Assembly (NCBI GenBank): GCA_963806035.1
Contig: CAWDWO010000026.1
Coordinates: forward strand, 1-64,000
Reading direction: 5' to 3'
Source: Candidatus Krumholzibacteriota bacterium
Lineage (GTDB): Bacteria; Krumholzibacteriota; Krumholzibacteriia; JAJRXK01
Length of the DNA stretch: 64,000 bases
In this document: positions 1 through 9,976 of the stretch, piece after piece
Layout: each line of letters opens with the position of its first letter
How positions within the stretch are numbered: position 1 is the first letter of the stretch
Notes under the pieces: model-generated
What the model saw: only the letters and a program-made list of their open reading frames with translations
Told to the model about the DNA's origin: nothing
Databases searched by the model: none
Program-made: the position numbers and the translations under genes

Positions 1-51
1 AATTCGAATTAGTGTTTGGAAACATCTAGGTGGCTATCGGAGCCCATGTAG

Positions 52-1170
52 TCAATATAGCTCCATACAATCGAGAATTACCTGATTGACCTTATGTACA
101 TCGTACTTCTCTTCGGCGATTCTACGACCAGCTCTGCCCATTTCAGTAGCGAGTTCCGGCGATTCAAGAAATCGCATCATGGCGCTTGCAAGCTCGGTGC
201 TATCCCTTGGCGGAACCAGTAAGCCATTGACGCCGTCCCTCACTGCTTCACGGCAGCCTGGAGCATCAGCGGTGATTATCGGACGGCCCATGCTCATGGC
301 TTCTAAAATAGTCCGGGGGGTTCCTTCTCTGTAGTAAGAGGGCAGTACGAAAACTCTTGATTGGGTGAGCGCAGGGCGTACATCTTCTAAGACACCCAGG
401 TATTCAATGACGCCTTCAAGCACCCATGACTCAAGCTGTGACTCCGAAATCGCATGTGGATTAGAATCTAACCACCCCGCCAATCGGAATTTGGCTTGAG
501 GATGGTGTGCGCGTACCGCACGAGCCGCCTCCACATATTGATATATACCCTTTTCAGTAACCAAGCGCGCGGCCAGCAAGAAGTGTGGTTCGTCTGGGAG
601 AGGTGTCATAGGGAAACACCTGGTATTTACCCCTGAGCCATTGACTAATTGCGTTTTGGTGTGAGTGCCAATCAGCCCTAAACTCTGGAATTCGTCGAGA
701 TCATCCGGGTTTTGAAAAAGAAAACACTTAGTCCCTCCCCTTGCAATACGAAAGGCGTTTCGAATAACAAAAGATGAAGTGATGCGGCGCAAGCCACCAC
801 CAGTGCTAAAGGCATATCCCAACCCAGTGATCATTGAATATACTTCGGATACGCCCGCTATTTGTGCAGCAAGCGCTGTGTACAGTACGGACTTCATTGT
901 ATAGCTGAGGATTCGCTCAGGCCGCTCCCTAAGGAACAGTCGAACCAAAGAGACAACGGTACGCAAATCCATAATGGGATTTAATCCGGTTCTTGCCATC
1001 GCAATTGATTGGGAGTCTACGCCCATGGATAGCAGTTCAGTACGAACCGATTCTGTGAAGTTCGGTGCACATGCAACAACATCGTGACCCAGTTGGACCA
1101 TTGCCTTGAGAAGATCACCACGAAAAGTGATAAGAGATCGATCGTAACTGGCTACGATCAGAATTTTCAT
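52..1170 (-). CDS. Glycosyltransferase family 4 (WbpL/PglA-like GT-B)
   Basis: MKILIVAS start overlaps the upstream stop (TAATG at 1168-1172); motifs ARLVTEKG, VLPSYYREGTPRTILEAMSMGRPII. Confidence 0.9.
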   Translation of the reverse strand: MKILIVASYDRSLITFRGDLLKAMVQLGHDVVACAPNFTESVRTELLSMGVDSQSIAMARTGLNPIMDLRTVVSLVRLFLRERPERILSYTMKSVLYTALAAQIAGVSEVYSMITGLGYAFSTGGGLRRITSSFVIRNAFRIARGGTKCFLFQNPDDLDEFQSLGLIGTHTKTQLVNGSGVNTRCFPMTPLPDEPHFLLAARLVTEKGIYQYVEAARAVRAHHPQAKFRLAGWLDSNPHAISESQLESWVLEGVIEYLGVLEDVRPALTQSRVFVLPSYYREGTPRTILEAMSMGRPIITADAPGCREAVRDGVNGLLVPPRDSTELASAMMRFLESPELATEMGRAGRRIAEEKYDVHKVNQVILDCMELY

Positions 1171-2465
1171 TATGTTCGGCTCCGGCTGCACATTATTTCT
1201 TCAAACCTCTGCGACAAAGATACTGCCAGAGACGACCATGCGTACTCCTTCCGGCTCGACGGGTTGCAGCCAACGGGAAGTATGCCATGAGCAATATCAC
1301 TCAAGGCAGTGTGGAGAGAGTGCACAGAATTGTGTACGATGCGAGCGCCTTCGTATTTCCCTAATACATTTGCAGCGGGATCGTCTTCGGACTCGGAAGT
1401 TACGAGAATCGGGCGCCCAGTACCGATGTACTGATAGAGTTTTCCGGGTATCTGTACGGCACCCTTATTGCCAAATAAGAGGAGACAATCTGCGGACTTC
1501 ATTGCTGCGATACAGTCTTCTAGTGGGACCCATTCGGAGAATGAGAAAATGTGATGCGAGAAGGACGACGCGATCAGTGACCGAATATATGGAGATACAT
1601 ATCCCAGCAAATGAATTCGCAGGTTTCCTGCAGCTTGCGGATCCGTTTTGGCAAGTCTGTCAAGCGCAGCCACGAATGGGCCAAGATCACGAGCTTCTTC
1701 ATATAAGCGTCCGGTATGGATCATAAGAATGCGACCAAGTGTATCCGGCGACCGCGGTGCTGGGGCAACCGTATCGACGTCTTCAGGATCATACCCCATG
1801 GGGATTACATGGATGCGCTCTCCAAGTTCCGGAAATTGCCTCATGTAAAGATCTGCTGTTGGTTGTGTTGTTAGAGTTACCAGATCGACCTTTTGCAAGG
1901 CCCTGCACTCCATACGATGCTCAAGGGGTTTGCGCCACCACGGTAGGCCTAGTTCCCTAAGTGGAGCGCCGGACCAGGGGTCACCGTAGTCGGCAGCCCA
2001 AATTAGATGCTTAAATCTGCGCTTCAGCAGGGATCCGACAAGCACCATAGTGTAAGGATAAGAAAAGGTTAGGAGTACATCTGGGCTCCAACGCTCTATG
2101 ATCTTGGTAGCCTTCTTCTCGAAAGATGATTTTGCTGCAATGTGGGGATCGGGGAGAATGAGGCTTGATAATAACTTGATAGCGGTACCACGGCGAGTGG
2201 CAGAAGAATTGGAGCCACGGTGCTTTCTAGAGGCCATATAACGGTGGAAAACTCCCGCACGAATTCGAATTACCTCTACAGTATCTGGTACCTTTCTGGA
2301 GAGGGACTCGTCCTTTGGAGAAAACAGCAACTGCATCTCAGTGTCGTATGTCAGCACCGTGATCTTGTGCCCGAGGCCTGCGAGATACCGAACAAGATGC
2401 ACGCTACGTACAGCTGGAGAAGCACTTCTGGGTGCGAAACTCGCACTGATAACCAGTATCTTCAA
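1170..2465 (-). CDS. Glycosyltransferase family 4-like (GT-B)
   Basis: Probable TTG start at 2465 (TTGA overlap with GT2 stop); KILVIS..FAP, ADYGDPW, HTGRLY, IPGKLYQYIGTGRPIL. Confidence 0.8.
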   Translation of the reverse strand: MKILVISASFAPRSASPAVRSVHLVRYLAGLGHKITVLTYDTEMQLLFSPKDESLSRKVPDTVEVIRIRAGVFHRYMASRKHRGSNSSATRRGTAIKLLSSLILPDPHIAAKSSFEKKATKIIERWSPDVLLTFSYPYTMVLVGSLLKRRFKHLIWAADYGDPWSGAPLRELGLPWWRKPLEHRMECRALQKVDLVTLTTQPTADLYMRQFPELGERIHVIPMGYDPEDVDTVAPAPRSPDTLGRILMIHTGRLYEEARDLGPFVAALDRLAKTDPQAAGNLRIHLLGYVSPYIRSLIASSFSHHIFSFSEWVPLEDCIAAMKSADCLLLFGNKGAVQIPGKLYQYIGTGRPILVTSESEDDPAANVLGKYEGARIVHNSVHSLHTALSDIAHGILPVGCNPSSRKEYAWSSLAVSLSQRFEEIMCSRSRT

Positions 2466-3403
2466 CGCCTCTTCCTTCCAGCTAGGCGGGAGTAGAGCCC
2501 CACGAGCGCACCATAGTGCCAACCGATAAATCGAGCTCCACGTATCACAATCGTTAATACAAGGGCGCGCGGTAGTTCAAGTGGATCAAGCCTCTTTGAA
2601 GCAGCCAGGAGAAGGGTGATACCATAGAGTGGTAGCAGAAAGAGCCAGAGAGCAGAATCGAGAACCGTTAGTGCAATGGCGACATAGGGTATTCCACAGT
2701 TCAGCGCGTAAGAGAGTGAGGTCCGGAATCGAAGACCGTCACCAAGAGAATATCTGTAAAACTGAAGGAAGACTGCGCGATAGCTACGTCGAACCTCCCA
2801 ATATACGAAGGCGTTCTTCGCAACAACATAGATGCATCCGGCCTTGAGGCAGAGTTCATTGAAAAGAGAATCTTCACCCCAAGGTAACCACTCTGGATAG
2901 CCGCCTACACGGCTCCAAAGCTCGCGAGTGAATGAAATGGAGCGGCTCGACGGAAGAAAGTTCTTAGGCGGCACATTGGCGACCGTCAGACGTGCCAAAG
3001 TAGATTGAAAAGCATTATGAGCCACAGGTTTAAAAAATCCGCCAACGAAGTCCGCAGCGCCACTCCGTATGGGTTGTGTGATATTGCTGACCCAGTTCTG
3101 GTCGAGTCTGCAACCAGCGTCGGTAACACAAATAATCCTGCAGGAGGCCTTCGAGATAGCCAAGTTGCGCCCTTGCGAGATATTGGCTCCAGGTTCAACT
3201 AGAAGTGTGAACTTGATTCCGCTGTCTAAGAGACGGTCCTGAGAGGATCTGAGGAGTTCCAGCGTACCATCTGTTGAGCCGGCATCTAGGACGAGAAATT
3301 CCGTCGGTGGAAGCGATTGGGAGATAACATCAGAGAGTAAATCCTGAATCGACGCGGCTTCGTTATATGTTGTAACAACTAGGCTAATCATGAGATCGCT
3401 CAT
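2462..3403 (-). CDS. Glycosyltransferase family 2
   Basis: SLVVTTYNEA, VLDAGSTDGT, GRNLAI, TDAG, GEDS motifs; C-terminal hydrophobic helices. Confidence 0.9.
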   Translation of the reverse strand: MSDLMISLVVTTYNEAASIQDLLSDVISQSLPPTEFLVLDAGSTDGTLELLRSSQDRLLDSGIKFTLLVEPGANISQGRNLAISKASCRIICVTDAGCRLDQNWVSNITQPIRSGAADFVGGFFKPVAHNAFQSTLARLTVANVPPKNFLPSSRSISFTRELWSRVGGYPEWLPWGEDSLFNELCLKAGCIYVVAKNAFVYWEVRRSYRAVFLQFYRYSLGDGLRFRTSLSYALNCGIPYVAIALTVLDSALWLFLLPLYGITLLLAASKRLDPLELPRALVLTIVIRGARFIGWHYGALVGLYSRLAGRKRR

Positions 3404-4826
3404 AGCCAGCAGAGCCTAGGATGCTAAGAACTCCGATGAGCATCCGTACTAGTACAATTAGGAGGATTGTCTGCCCAATGCTGGCAAGCGTAGGAGCAAA
3501 GTTTGCAGCGAGTGAATTAGCCAGGGCCAGATAGCTGCTTGCAATAAAGACGAGTCCCCATGGACCGCGGCTAATCGCAAGACGGTAGATCAAGTGCAAG
3601 AGAGCAATCCAAATACCAGGTATGATCATGGCGCCCACAATCCCAAAATTCAGATATGCTTCTCCCCAAACCGTGATCCCAGTCTCAGAGCGGCTCTCTT
3701 CATTCCAACCAAGATATTCAGTGGCAAACCACCGTCCCAGCGACATAGTTGGTTTATCGGGCCATATAGCACGTGGGACGAACCAAACTAAAGCCGTCAG
3801 ATAGCTTTTGCCATACCAAAGAGGTGAGGGCTCTTCTTCCTGCCGATCTAGAAGTAAATTGATACGATCAGCGTAGTTTAGGCGCTCAGCCACTGCATTG
3901 CCAAGCAACCTGAGATCATCTATTGAAACATCCACATCCTTAGCAGCATCCCAAGCGTTAAAGCTATCGTACCCGTAGACCGAAACTTGCGTTACGGCAG
4001 CTATTCTGTAACCCCGAACATAGACAAAAGTGAGGAGAGAGAAGAGAATAATTGTTAATGCCAGCAGAGAGAACTTTGCGCCCACTCGGATAAGCCGCCG
4101 TTGGTATAGAATCATCAGAAATGGAATCAAAATGTAGATGATGGCACCCTTCGAGCCAGTTCCGAGAAACCAGAGTATTTCCAATGCTGCTAGGGGTAGG
4201 ACTCTGAGTGGCCGTGGCGAAAACACAGCGCAACCCCAAAGCGCAAGTCCGGATACATTATTCAATGTCCCAAGAAGGTTGCTGGTTGAAGAGACAGCGA
4301 GTTTGGTTCCTATAAAGGTGCCGTACAATAGCCCATGGGTAATGGCATAGAGCCGCCACATCCATCCTGTGCCCCAAAGAATAAGAAATACTCGGAAGGT
4401 TGAAACAGACGAGTAATAGTTGGAGGCGTTGGATCCGAAATGGGGCACCAAATAAACGAGAGCATCAGTAATCAGTAATGTGGAGAGAGTTAGTGCCAGA
4501 ATGGTAAGCAAGAGATTCTCGTTCTGGAGCTGAGTAGATGTGGACACATAAAGACAGCTAAAAACCAAGCCGACCAACATTATGACTTTGCAAACAACGA
4601 AGAGCGAAAACGGGTCGGTGCGAACAGGATATCTGGGGTGTGCCAGTAGGGAAAAGAAGCAGTATAGAGTCACTAGGCCTGCACCGACCCTAACAGGCCA
4701 AGTTGCGTCATAGAGCAATATTGATAAAGAAACCACTCCGAGCGATAGCAAAATTGCCACTGCCCCGGAGAATGAAAGATGGTTTTGAGTATTCCTATGC
4801 ATTGCAATATTGAGAGAGGCACTCAA
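3384..4826 (-). CDS. wzy: Wzy-type O-antigen/polysaccharide polymerase (multi-TM)
   Basis: About 11 hydrophobic segments; FVPRAIWPDKP and GEAYLNFG motifs typical of Wzy; position in cluster. Confidence 0.75.
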   Translation of the reverse strand: MSASLNIAMHRNTQNHLSFSGAVAILLSLGVVSLSILLYDATWPVRVGAGLVTLYCFFSLLAHPRYPVRTDPFSLFVVCKVIMLVGLVFSCLYVSTSTQLQNENLLLTILALTLSTLLITDALVYLVPHFGSNASNYYSSVSTFRVFLILWGTGWMWRLYAITHGLLYGTFIGTKLAVSSTSNLLGTLNNVSGLALWGCAVFSPRPLRVLPLAALEILWFLGTGSKGAIIYILIPFLMILYQRRLIRVGAKFSLLALTIILFSLLTFVYVRGYRIAAVTQVSVYGYDSFNAWDAAKDVDVSIDDLRLLGNAVAERLNYADRINLLLDRQEEEPSPLWYGKSYLTALVWFVPRAIWPDKPTMSLGRWFATEYLGWNEESRSETGITVWGEAYLNFGIVGAMIIPGIWIALLHLIYRLAISRGPWGLVFIASSYLALANSLAANFAPTLASIGQTILLIVLVRMLIGVLSILGSAGYERSHD

Positions 4827-5904
4827 AGATTGCCTCAGAAGATAGCTTTGCGTTCAGAGCTATTACTTCTTGCAGCGACTGTGAATGCGTGGCCGTGAGA
4901 GCAACGGCACCTTGAAGGTCCTGATATCCTATAGGTTCCCCCAACTCCTTTAGCCTGACAAGATGTTCAGGTCCAGCTTGTATCAGGAAAGCGCTGACTT
5001 TCGAGCTGTAGTTCACCCCTATGTAGGGAACGCCAATGGCTTGAGAAAGGACGGCCGCATGCAAGCGGAAAGCAACGACGACATCTGCCTTCGATAAATG
5101 CATGGCGGCCTCTGATGGCCCACAATAATTCACAAATTCTGAACGTTCTTCAATTGAGCCACGAGAGAGCTCTTTATGGAAGTCATTGTCATTTCTCTTG
5201 CCCTGGTGCATGGGGATAAAGCTTATTCGATCAACACCGGCCTCAATCCATGATTTGATGCATTCGGAGTACAGAGAAATTAACGCTGTGTCTTTTGCAT
5301 GGTAATACGTGCCGCAGAAAGCAACGTGCCTTATGTTTGTTGTAAATTCTGGTCTCGGTTCTCGAATATCTTGCCAGGAGAGGCACGCTAAATCACCGCA
5401 GTGCTTCGCTTTCTTTGCCCCGCATACATCGTCGACCATAGAAGCTGACCGATTATCTCTGCAATATATTTCATCAGCTTCATGAACAATGGTTTTGAAG
5501 AGTCGAAATCCGCCTGGTGTGGATATGGATCCTACGCCGATACCCAACATTATGAACTTGCCTCCGAACAGATGAGTTAGGCGAATCAAGCGCCTGATCC
5601 TCGACATTCCGGATAGGCCACCTTGGCGATCCTCGTAAAGGCAAGTTCCTCCACCCCATATCACGATATCAGAACCGGCAATGGCAATGAACTTCTTCAT
5701 TCGTCCGAGAATGGAGTCACTTCGTATGACTGTGGTACGATCTGCAGATTGGAAGGCCAGTGGACCAACCGTACAAACACGAATCTTGTATATGCCTTTG
5801 TATGCGAGAAGCGCTTGTAAAACATTTTGGAGCATCAAGTCATCACCGAGGTTGTGATGTCCATAATACCCTACCAAGGTTACCGAGGTTCCCCTTCTAC
5901 TCAT
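4795..5904 (-). CDS. Polysaccharide pyruvyl transferase family protein (CsaB/WcaK-like)
   Basis: GYYGHHNLGDDLM, IWGGGT, CRDNRS, RLHAAV motifs; GGAG before ATG 5904. Confidence 0.85.
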   Translation of the reverse strand: MSRRGTSVTLVGYYGHHNLGDDLMLQNVLQALLAYKGIYKIRVCTVGPLAFQSADRTTVIRSDSILGRMKKFIAIAGSDIVIWGGGTCLYEDRQGGLSGMSRIRRLIRLTHLFGGKFIMLGIGVGSISTPGGFRLFKTIVHEADEIYCRDNRSASMVDDVCGAKKAKHCGDLACLSWQDIREPRPEFTTNIRHVAFCGTYYHAKDTALISLYSECIKSWIEAGVDRISFIPMHQGKRNDNDFHKELSRGSIEERSEFVNYCGPSEAAMHLSKADVVVAFRLHAAVLSQAIGVPYIGVNYSSKVSAFLIQAGPEHLVRLKELGEPIGYQDLQGAVALTATHSQSLQEVIALNAKLSSEAIFECLSQYCNA

Positions 5905-5943
5905 TGTTGTCTCCAAGAAGCACCTCTGAGCGGTACGGCTGAT

Positions 5944-6909
5944 TCACTCCCCTGGCCGGGTAAGGAAGTACTCCCTAAAAACGATAAAAATGCACATTGC
6001 CATAGCCCCTAAAATTGAACCAATGACACCCATGATCGCCCTCTGGGGCTTAGCCTTATGTAAGGGAGGTATCGCGCGATCGAGAATATCGAGCCTAAAG
6101 CGTTCTCGGTGGTCATCCACTTTGGCGATTTCTAGCTGTCTGACGAGTTCGATCCAAACGCTCTTTAAGGCTTGCGTATGACGCTCCTTGCGTGCGTCGA
6201 TCATACGCAACTGGGGAGACGTGTTGACGACACGGTTTGTTTCTCGGAAAGCGGCGAGGTCCTCCTCAGCCATCTCGAGTTCGTTACTTACCTCATCGAC
6301 GCGTCGTTGCACGTACTGAAGTTGATCCCGCGTTTTGAGAATGCTAAAGGTTTCGATGAAGCTTCCAAGCGTATCGGCGAGAGAGTTGGCAAGCACTGCA
6401 GAAAGTTTGGGATCTCCAGGCAAAAGGGCAGAAAGAGTCATCACCCCGGTACTCTTATCCGCTAAGAGGCTTAGGACACTTTCTCTCAGGACCTTCTTCA
6501 ATCGCCGTGCTGCTAGGGTGGAGTCCGTATTGTCACGGCTAATATTTAGGATGTCATACAAGGATTGGTCCGGGCCAAATATGCTTTGATCAGCCTCAAG
6601 AATAGGGTCCAGAAGGGCATCCGATTTAAGAATAGTCGGATAAAAATCCTCAATAGTGAAGGTGCCCTGTATAGGGACATTCACAAGACTGCCGTATCTC
6701 GCAAGTAGACTTTGGTCTTGTGTATCCAGTGATGGAAGGATAGTCACATGTGCGCGGTATTGTGGTGGAATGAGGAACGAAAGAGCGACCGCCAACACCC
6801 CACAGATCGCGGCAGCGAGGAAAATTAATTTCAGATGTTTTGCTAGAAGGTATAAGAATCCGAGGATTGGGTCGTCTGATTCAACTTTATGATTGAACTC
6901 GTTTTGCAA
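5944..6909 (-). CDS. Wzz/GumC-like chain-length determinant
   Basis: N-terminal TM plus P.Y.A motif, coiled coil, C-terminal ILDRAIPP...KPQR plus TM. Confidence 0.8.
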   Translation of the reverse strand: MQNEFNHKVESDDPILGFLYLLAKHLKLIFLAAAICGVLAVALSFLIPPQYRAHVTILPSLDTQDQSLLARYGSLVNVPIQGTFTIEDFYPTILKSDALLDPILEADQSIFGPDQSLYDILNISRDNTDSTLAARRLKKVLRESVLSLLADKSTGVMTLSALLPGDPKLSAVLANSLADTLGSFIETFSILKTRDQLQYVQRRVDEVSNELEMAEEDLAAFRETNRVVNTSPQLRMIDARKERHTQALKSVWIELVRQLEIAKVDDHRERFRLDILDRAIPPLHKAKPQRAIMGVIGSILGAMAMCIFIVFREYFLTRPGE

Positions 6910-6933
6910 GGTACTACCGTCCTTGTCGAAGCT

Positions 6934-7479
6934 CTAACTTTCAAGGTGCCGTCGAAGATTTTCTTGATTGACCTTGTCGAGGTAATACGACTTAGTTTCA
7001 AGCAACTTCTTGAGGGTATCCCTGTTTCGAGACTTAATCACTCTTGCAGGGTTACCGGCTACAACGCTACCGGGACTGATCTTGCCGGAAACTACGGCTC
7101 CCATGGCAACCACTACTCCATCTCCGATAATCGCACCTGGCGCAACCATTGCGTGATGTCCAAGCCACACACCTCTGCCGATCGTCACAGGGCGGGCTTT
7201 ATCGATCTCCGAATAAGGAAGCATAGAGCCCTGATCGTATTCATGGGTGCTGCTATATATCACCACATCCGGCCCCAAGATTGTTCCATCTCCGATCGTG
7301 ACGCCGCCTTCTGCGCTGATGAAACAATTCGGTCCGATTCGACAGGCCCTACCTATTATAAGACGCGAGTGGTATTCGAACTTCGCAGTAGGTTCGATCC
7401 GCGAGCCCGGGCTTATAGACTTGATCAAACTCAGTCGCTGCCTCCATCTATAAATATGTGCTCTGATAGCCCAAAGCAT
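6934..7479 (-). CDS. Hexapeptide-repeat (LbH) O-acyltransferase
   Basis: IGDGTILGPDVVIYSSTH, VTIGRGVWLG, VVAGNPARVIK. Confidence 0.9.
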   Translation of the reverse strand: MLWAIRAHIYRWRQRLSLIKSISPGSRIEPTAKFEYHSRLIIGRACRIGPNCFISAEGGVTIGDGTILGPDVVIYSSTHEYDQGSMLPYSEIDKARPVTIGRGVWLGHHAMVAPGAIIGDGVVVAMGAVVSGKISPGSVVAGNPARVIKSRNRDTLKKLLETKSYYLDKVNQENLRRHLES

Positions 7480-7515
7480 GCCGCTAACCTCTGTCGATCT
7501 GTTGTCTGGACCTAC

Positions 7516-8811
7516 TCATGACGGGGAGGGGAGTCCTCTCCCTCGATGACTAATTTCCCGTGCCACGAAAATAGCCTGAGCTGATACGGAGACAGGGTGG
7601 CTGATGAGCAGAGCCAAGGCAACACCAGATTCGCCAAATTTCGGGATTAACAGCATGCCGAGGCCAACGGCGATTAGGCCCCCCAACAGAGAGCTCCAGA
7701 AAAACTCTCGCTCTAGTCGGAGATTGATCAAGAAAGCGTTGATAATTCTCGCGCCACCATTAAAAACCGCCCAAAGGCATAGAAGACGCAGGGGGGCGAG
7801 CGACGCTGAATAGGAGGGTGGGAAGTAGTGCTTAAGGAGTAGTGGGGCACTGAAGTAGAGGGGAAGTACTACAGCGAATGAAAGCCCAGAGCTAATAGTC
7901 ATATATCCAAGCATGGCGCGACCAGCTCTTCTTGGGTCGGCGTGTCGTGCAGTAAGCGTCGCGATTTTCGGGAAAAATATTCTGAGGATTTGGCCCTGCA
8001 AGAGCGTAACTACTGCTATCATCTGAAACGCGAGAGCGTAATACCCTAGGTGCTCTGAGCTTAACTTGTCCTCCAGGACCAGTTGATTCCAGTGCGAAAT
8101 GAAAAGATTTGAAATGGCAGCCAATACAATCAAGAAGTTGCTGGAAAAGAGCCAGGCAGCAGTGGGCTTCAATGTACGTAGGTCAACGTGGAGATGTTCT
8201 CTGACACAATACGTCTGAAAGAGCATTGAGCCTGCTCTGGTGAAGAGTAGCAATAGAGAGACAGACACCGCCCCTCTGGCGCCGCTGGTAGTAACTAGGA
8301 AGTAGATAAGTAGGGCATATATCAACCTCTCGAAAAAGGTGATGAGTGCATGATAATGCATGCGATACTGCGCATCGAACCAAGCTGCGGGTGACACTGC
8401 CCAAAACGTGCTCGCCAATGCACAGATTGCAACAATGGACTTCTTAGAATTGCCCTCTACCCAAAGCGGAAGTGAAATTATGAGAATGAAAAGAACCGTT
8501 AAGCCCAAAAATGAGCGAAGTGCAATACTTGCAACCAAAGTCTGTGATTTGTCCTCCAACTGGACAAGATCTCGTACTAGAGTTCGCTCCGCGCCAAAGT
8601 TAACAAGCGTATAGACTATTATACCGACGACAATTCCGTAGCTGTACAGGCCGAATCCGGCTGGTCCAAGCTGCCTAGCCAAATAAAAGCTGATGAAGAA
8701 GCCAACGACCGCCTGTCCGTAATTCAACGCGGATAGGATGATTCCGATTCGACCGGTACGGGAGTTTAGGTACGGCACAAGTGAGGGAAGTAACCGGTGC
8801 ATCCGGATCAT
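7516..8811 (-). CDS. wzx: Wzx flippase
   Basis: YLARQLGPAGFGLYS, LGYYALA, LIPKFGESGVALA; 12 or more TM segments. Confidence 0.85.
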   Translation of the reverse strand: MIRMHRLLPSLVPYLNSRTGRIGIILSALNYGQAVVGFFISFYLARQLGPAGFGLYSYGIVVGIIVYTLVNFGAERTLVRDLVQLEDKSQTLVASIALRSFLGLTVLFILIISLPLWVEGNSKKSIVAICALASTFWAVSPAAWFDAQYRMHYHALITFFERLIYALLIYFLVTTSGARGAVSVSLLLLFTRAGSMLFQTYCVREHLHVDLRTLKPTAAWLFSSNFLIVLAAISNLFISHWNQLVLEDKLSSEHLGYYALAFQMIAVVTLLQGQILRIFFPKIATLTARHADPRRAGRAMLGYMTISSGLSFAVVLPLYFSAPLLLKHYFPPSYSASLAPLRLLCLWAVFNGGARIINAFLINLRLEREFFWSSLLGGLIAVGLGMLLIPKFGESGVALALLISHPVSVSAQAIFVAREISHRGRGLPSPS

Positions 8812-9974
8812 GATTCAGGGTGCATCGAGAGTTTATGGAATGACATCTTAGCGCGCCAATGTGCCGCCAGAATATCGCCGATCTGCCGGGCAGCTGTACC
8901 ATCGCCATAAGGATTTTTTGATTGGCTCATTTTGGTGTAGGCGGAGTCGTCATCAAGGAGTTCGAGAACAGACCGTACTATAAGCTCTTCTGTGGTTCCA
9001 ACAAGGCGGGCAACACCCGCTTCGACCCCTTCCGGACGTTCCGTTGTATCCCGCATAACTAGTACAGGTTTGCCTAGAGATGGTGCTTCTTCTTGGATTC
9101 CACCAGAGTCAGTCAGCAGCAAGTGACTTCTGTCAAGAAGCCAGACAAAATCCAGGTAGTTCATGGGCGCGATGAGATGCACATTTGATAACCCAGAAAG
9201 AATGTTCTTCACTGGAGTTTGAACATTCGGATTGAGATGCACTGGGAATACGAATTGCACTTGCGGGCACAGTAAGGCGAGTCTGTGTATTGCATGGCAG
9301 ATGCTCTCGAAGCCATTCCCGAAGTTCTCTCTCCGGTGTCCCGTAATTAGTACGACGCGATTCTTATCTAACTTTGCTTCTAGCCGAGTAGTAGTATCGG
9401 AATTGTAGGTTTGGAGCTTGGCAATCGTCGATAGCAAAGCGTCAACGATTGTATTGCCCACAACATGAATCGAATCGTCGGGAACTCCTTCATTTAGAAG
9501 CGCGCGAGCGGCTCGTGCTGTTGGGGGGAAATGCCAATCGGCGATACTTGTGCAAATTCTGCGATTCATTTCTTCGGGAAATGGAGCGTAACGATGATAA
9601 GTTCGCAGACCTGCCTCCACGTGCGCAACCGGGATCTTGTTGTAATAAGAAGCTAGTGCCGCCCCTAGCGTAGTTGTAGTGTCCCCTTGCACGAGGACAA
9701 GGTCGGGGTGTTCATTAACGAGAATAGGGTGCATTGCTTCGATGACGCGCGCAGTAAGCGCAGTCAGATTCTGGTTTGGGGCCATTAGATCAAGGTCATG
9801 GTCAGGTCTAAGCTGAAAGACATCCAATACCTGGTCGAGCATGTCACGGTGTTGAGCGGTTACGCAAAGCGTTAGCTTAAACTCGTTCGTCTCTCTTAGG
9901 ACCTGGACAAGAGGCGCCATTTTGATGGCTTCCGGGCGTGTGCCGAACGTGATGAGAACGCGGGCATGTCTCAT
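8808..9974 (-). CDS. wecB: UDP-N-acetylglucosamine 2-epimerase (non-hydrolysing)
   Basis: FGTRPEAIKMAP, QGDTTT, HVEAGLRT, HRRENFG, TDSGGIQEEAP, TERPEG. Confidence 0.97.
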   Translation of the reverse strand: MRHARVLITFGTRPEAIKMAPLVQVLRETNEFKLTLCVTAQHRDMLDQVLDVFQLRPDHDLDLMAPNQNLTALTARVIEAMHPILVNEHPDLVLVQGDTTTTLGAALASYYNKIPVAHVEAGLRTYHRYAPFPEEMNRRICTSIADWHFPPTARAARALLNEGVPDDSIHVVGNTIVDALLSTIAKLQTYNSDTTTRLEAKLDKNRVVLITGHRRENFGNGFESICHAIHRLALLCPQVQFVFPVHLNPNVQTPVKNILSGLSNVHLIAPMNYLDFVWLLDRSHLLLTDSGGIQEEAPSLGKPVLVMRDTTERPEGVEAGVARLVGTTEELIVRSVLELLDDDSAYTKMSQSKNPYGDGTAARQIGDILAAHWRAKMSFHKLSMHPES

Positions 9975-9976
9975 TG

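Noticed and set aside
6889..7521. 210-aa + strand ORF
   Set aside because: Antisense to the clear hexapeptide acyltransferase
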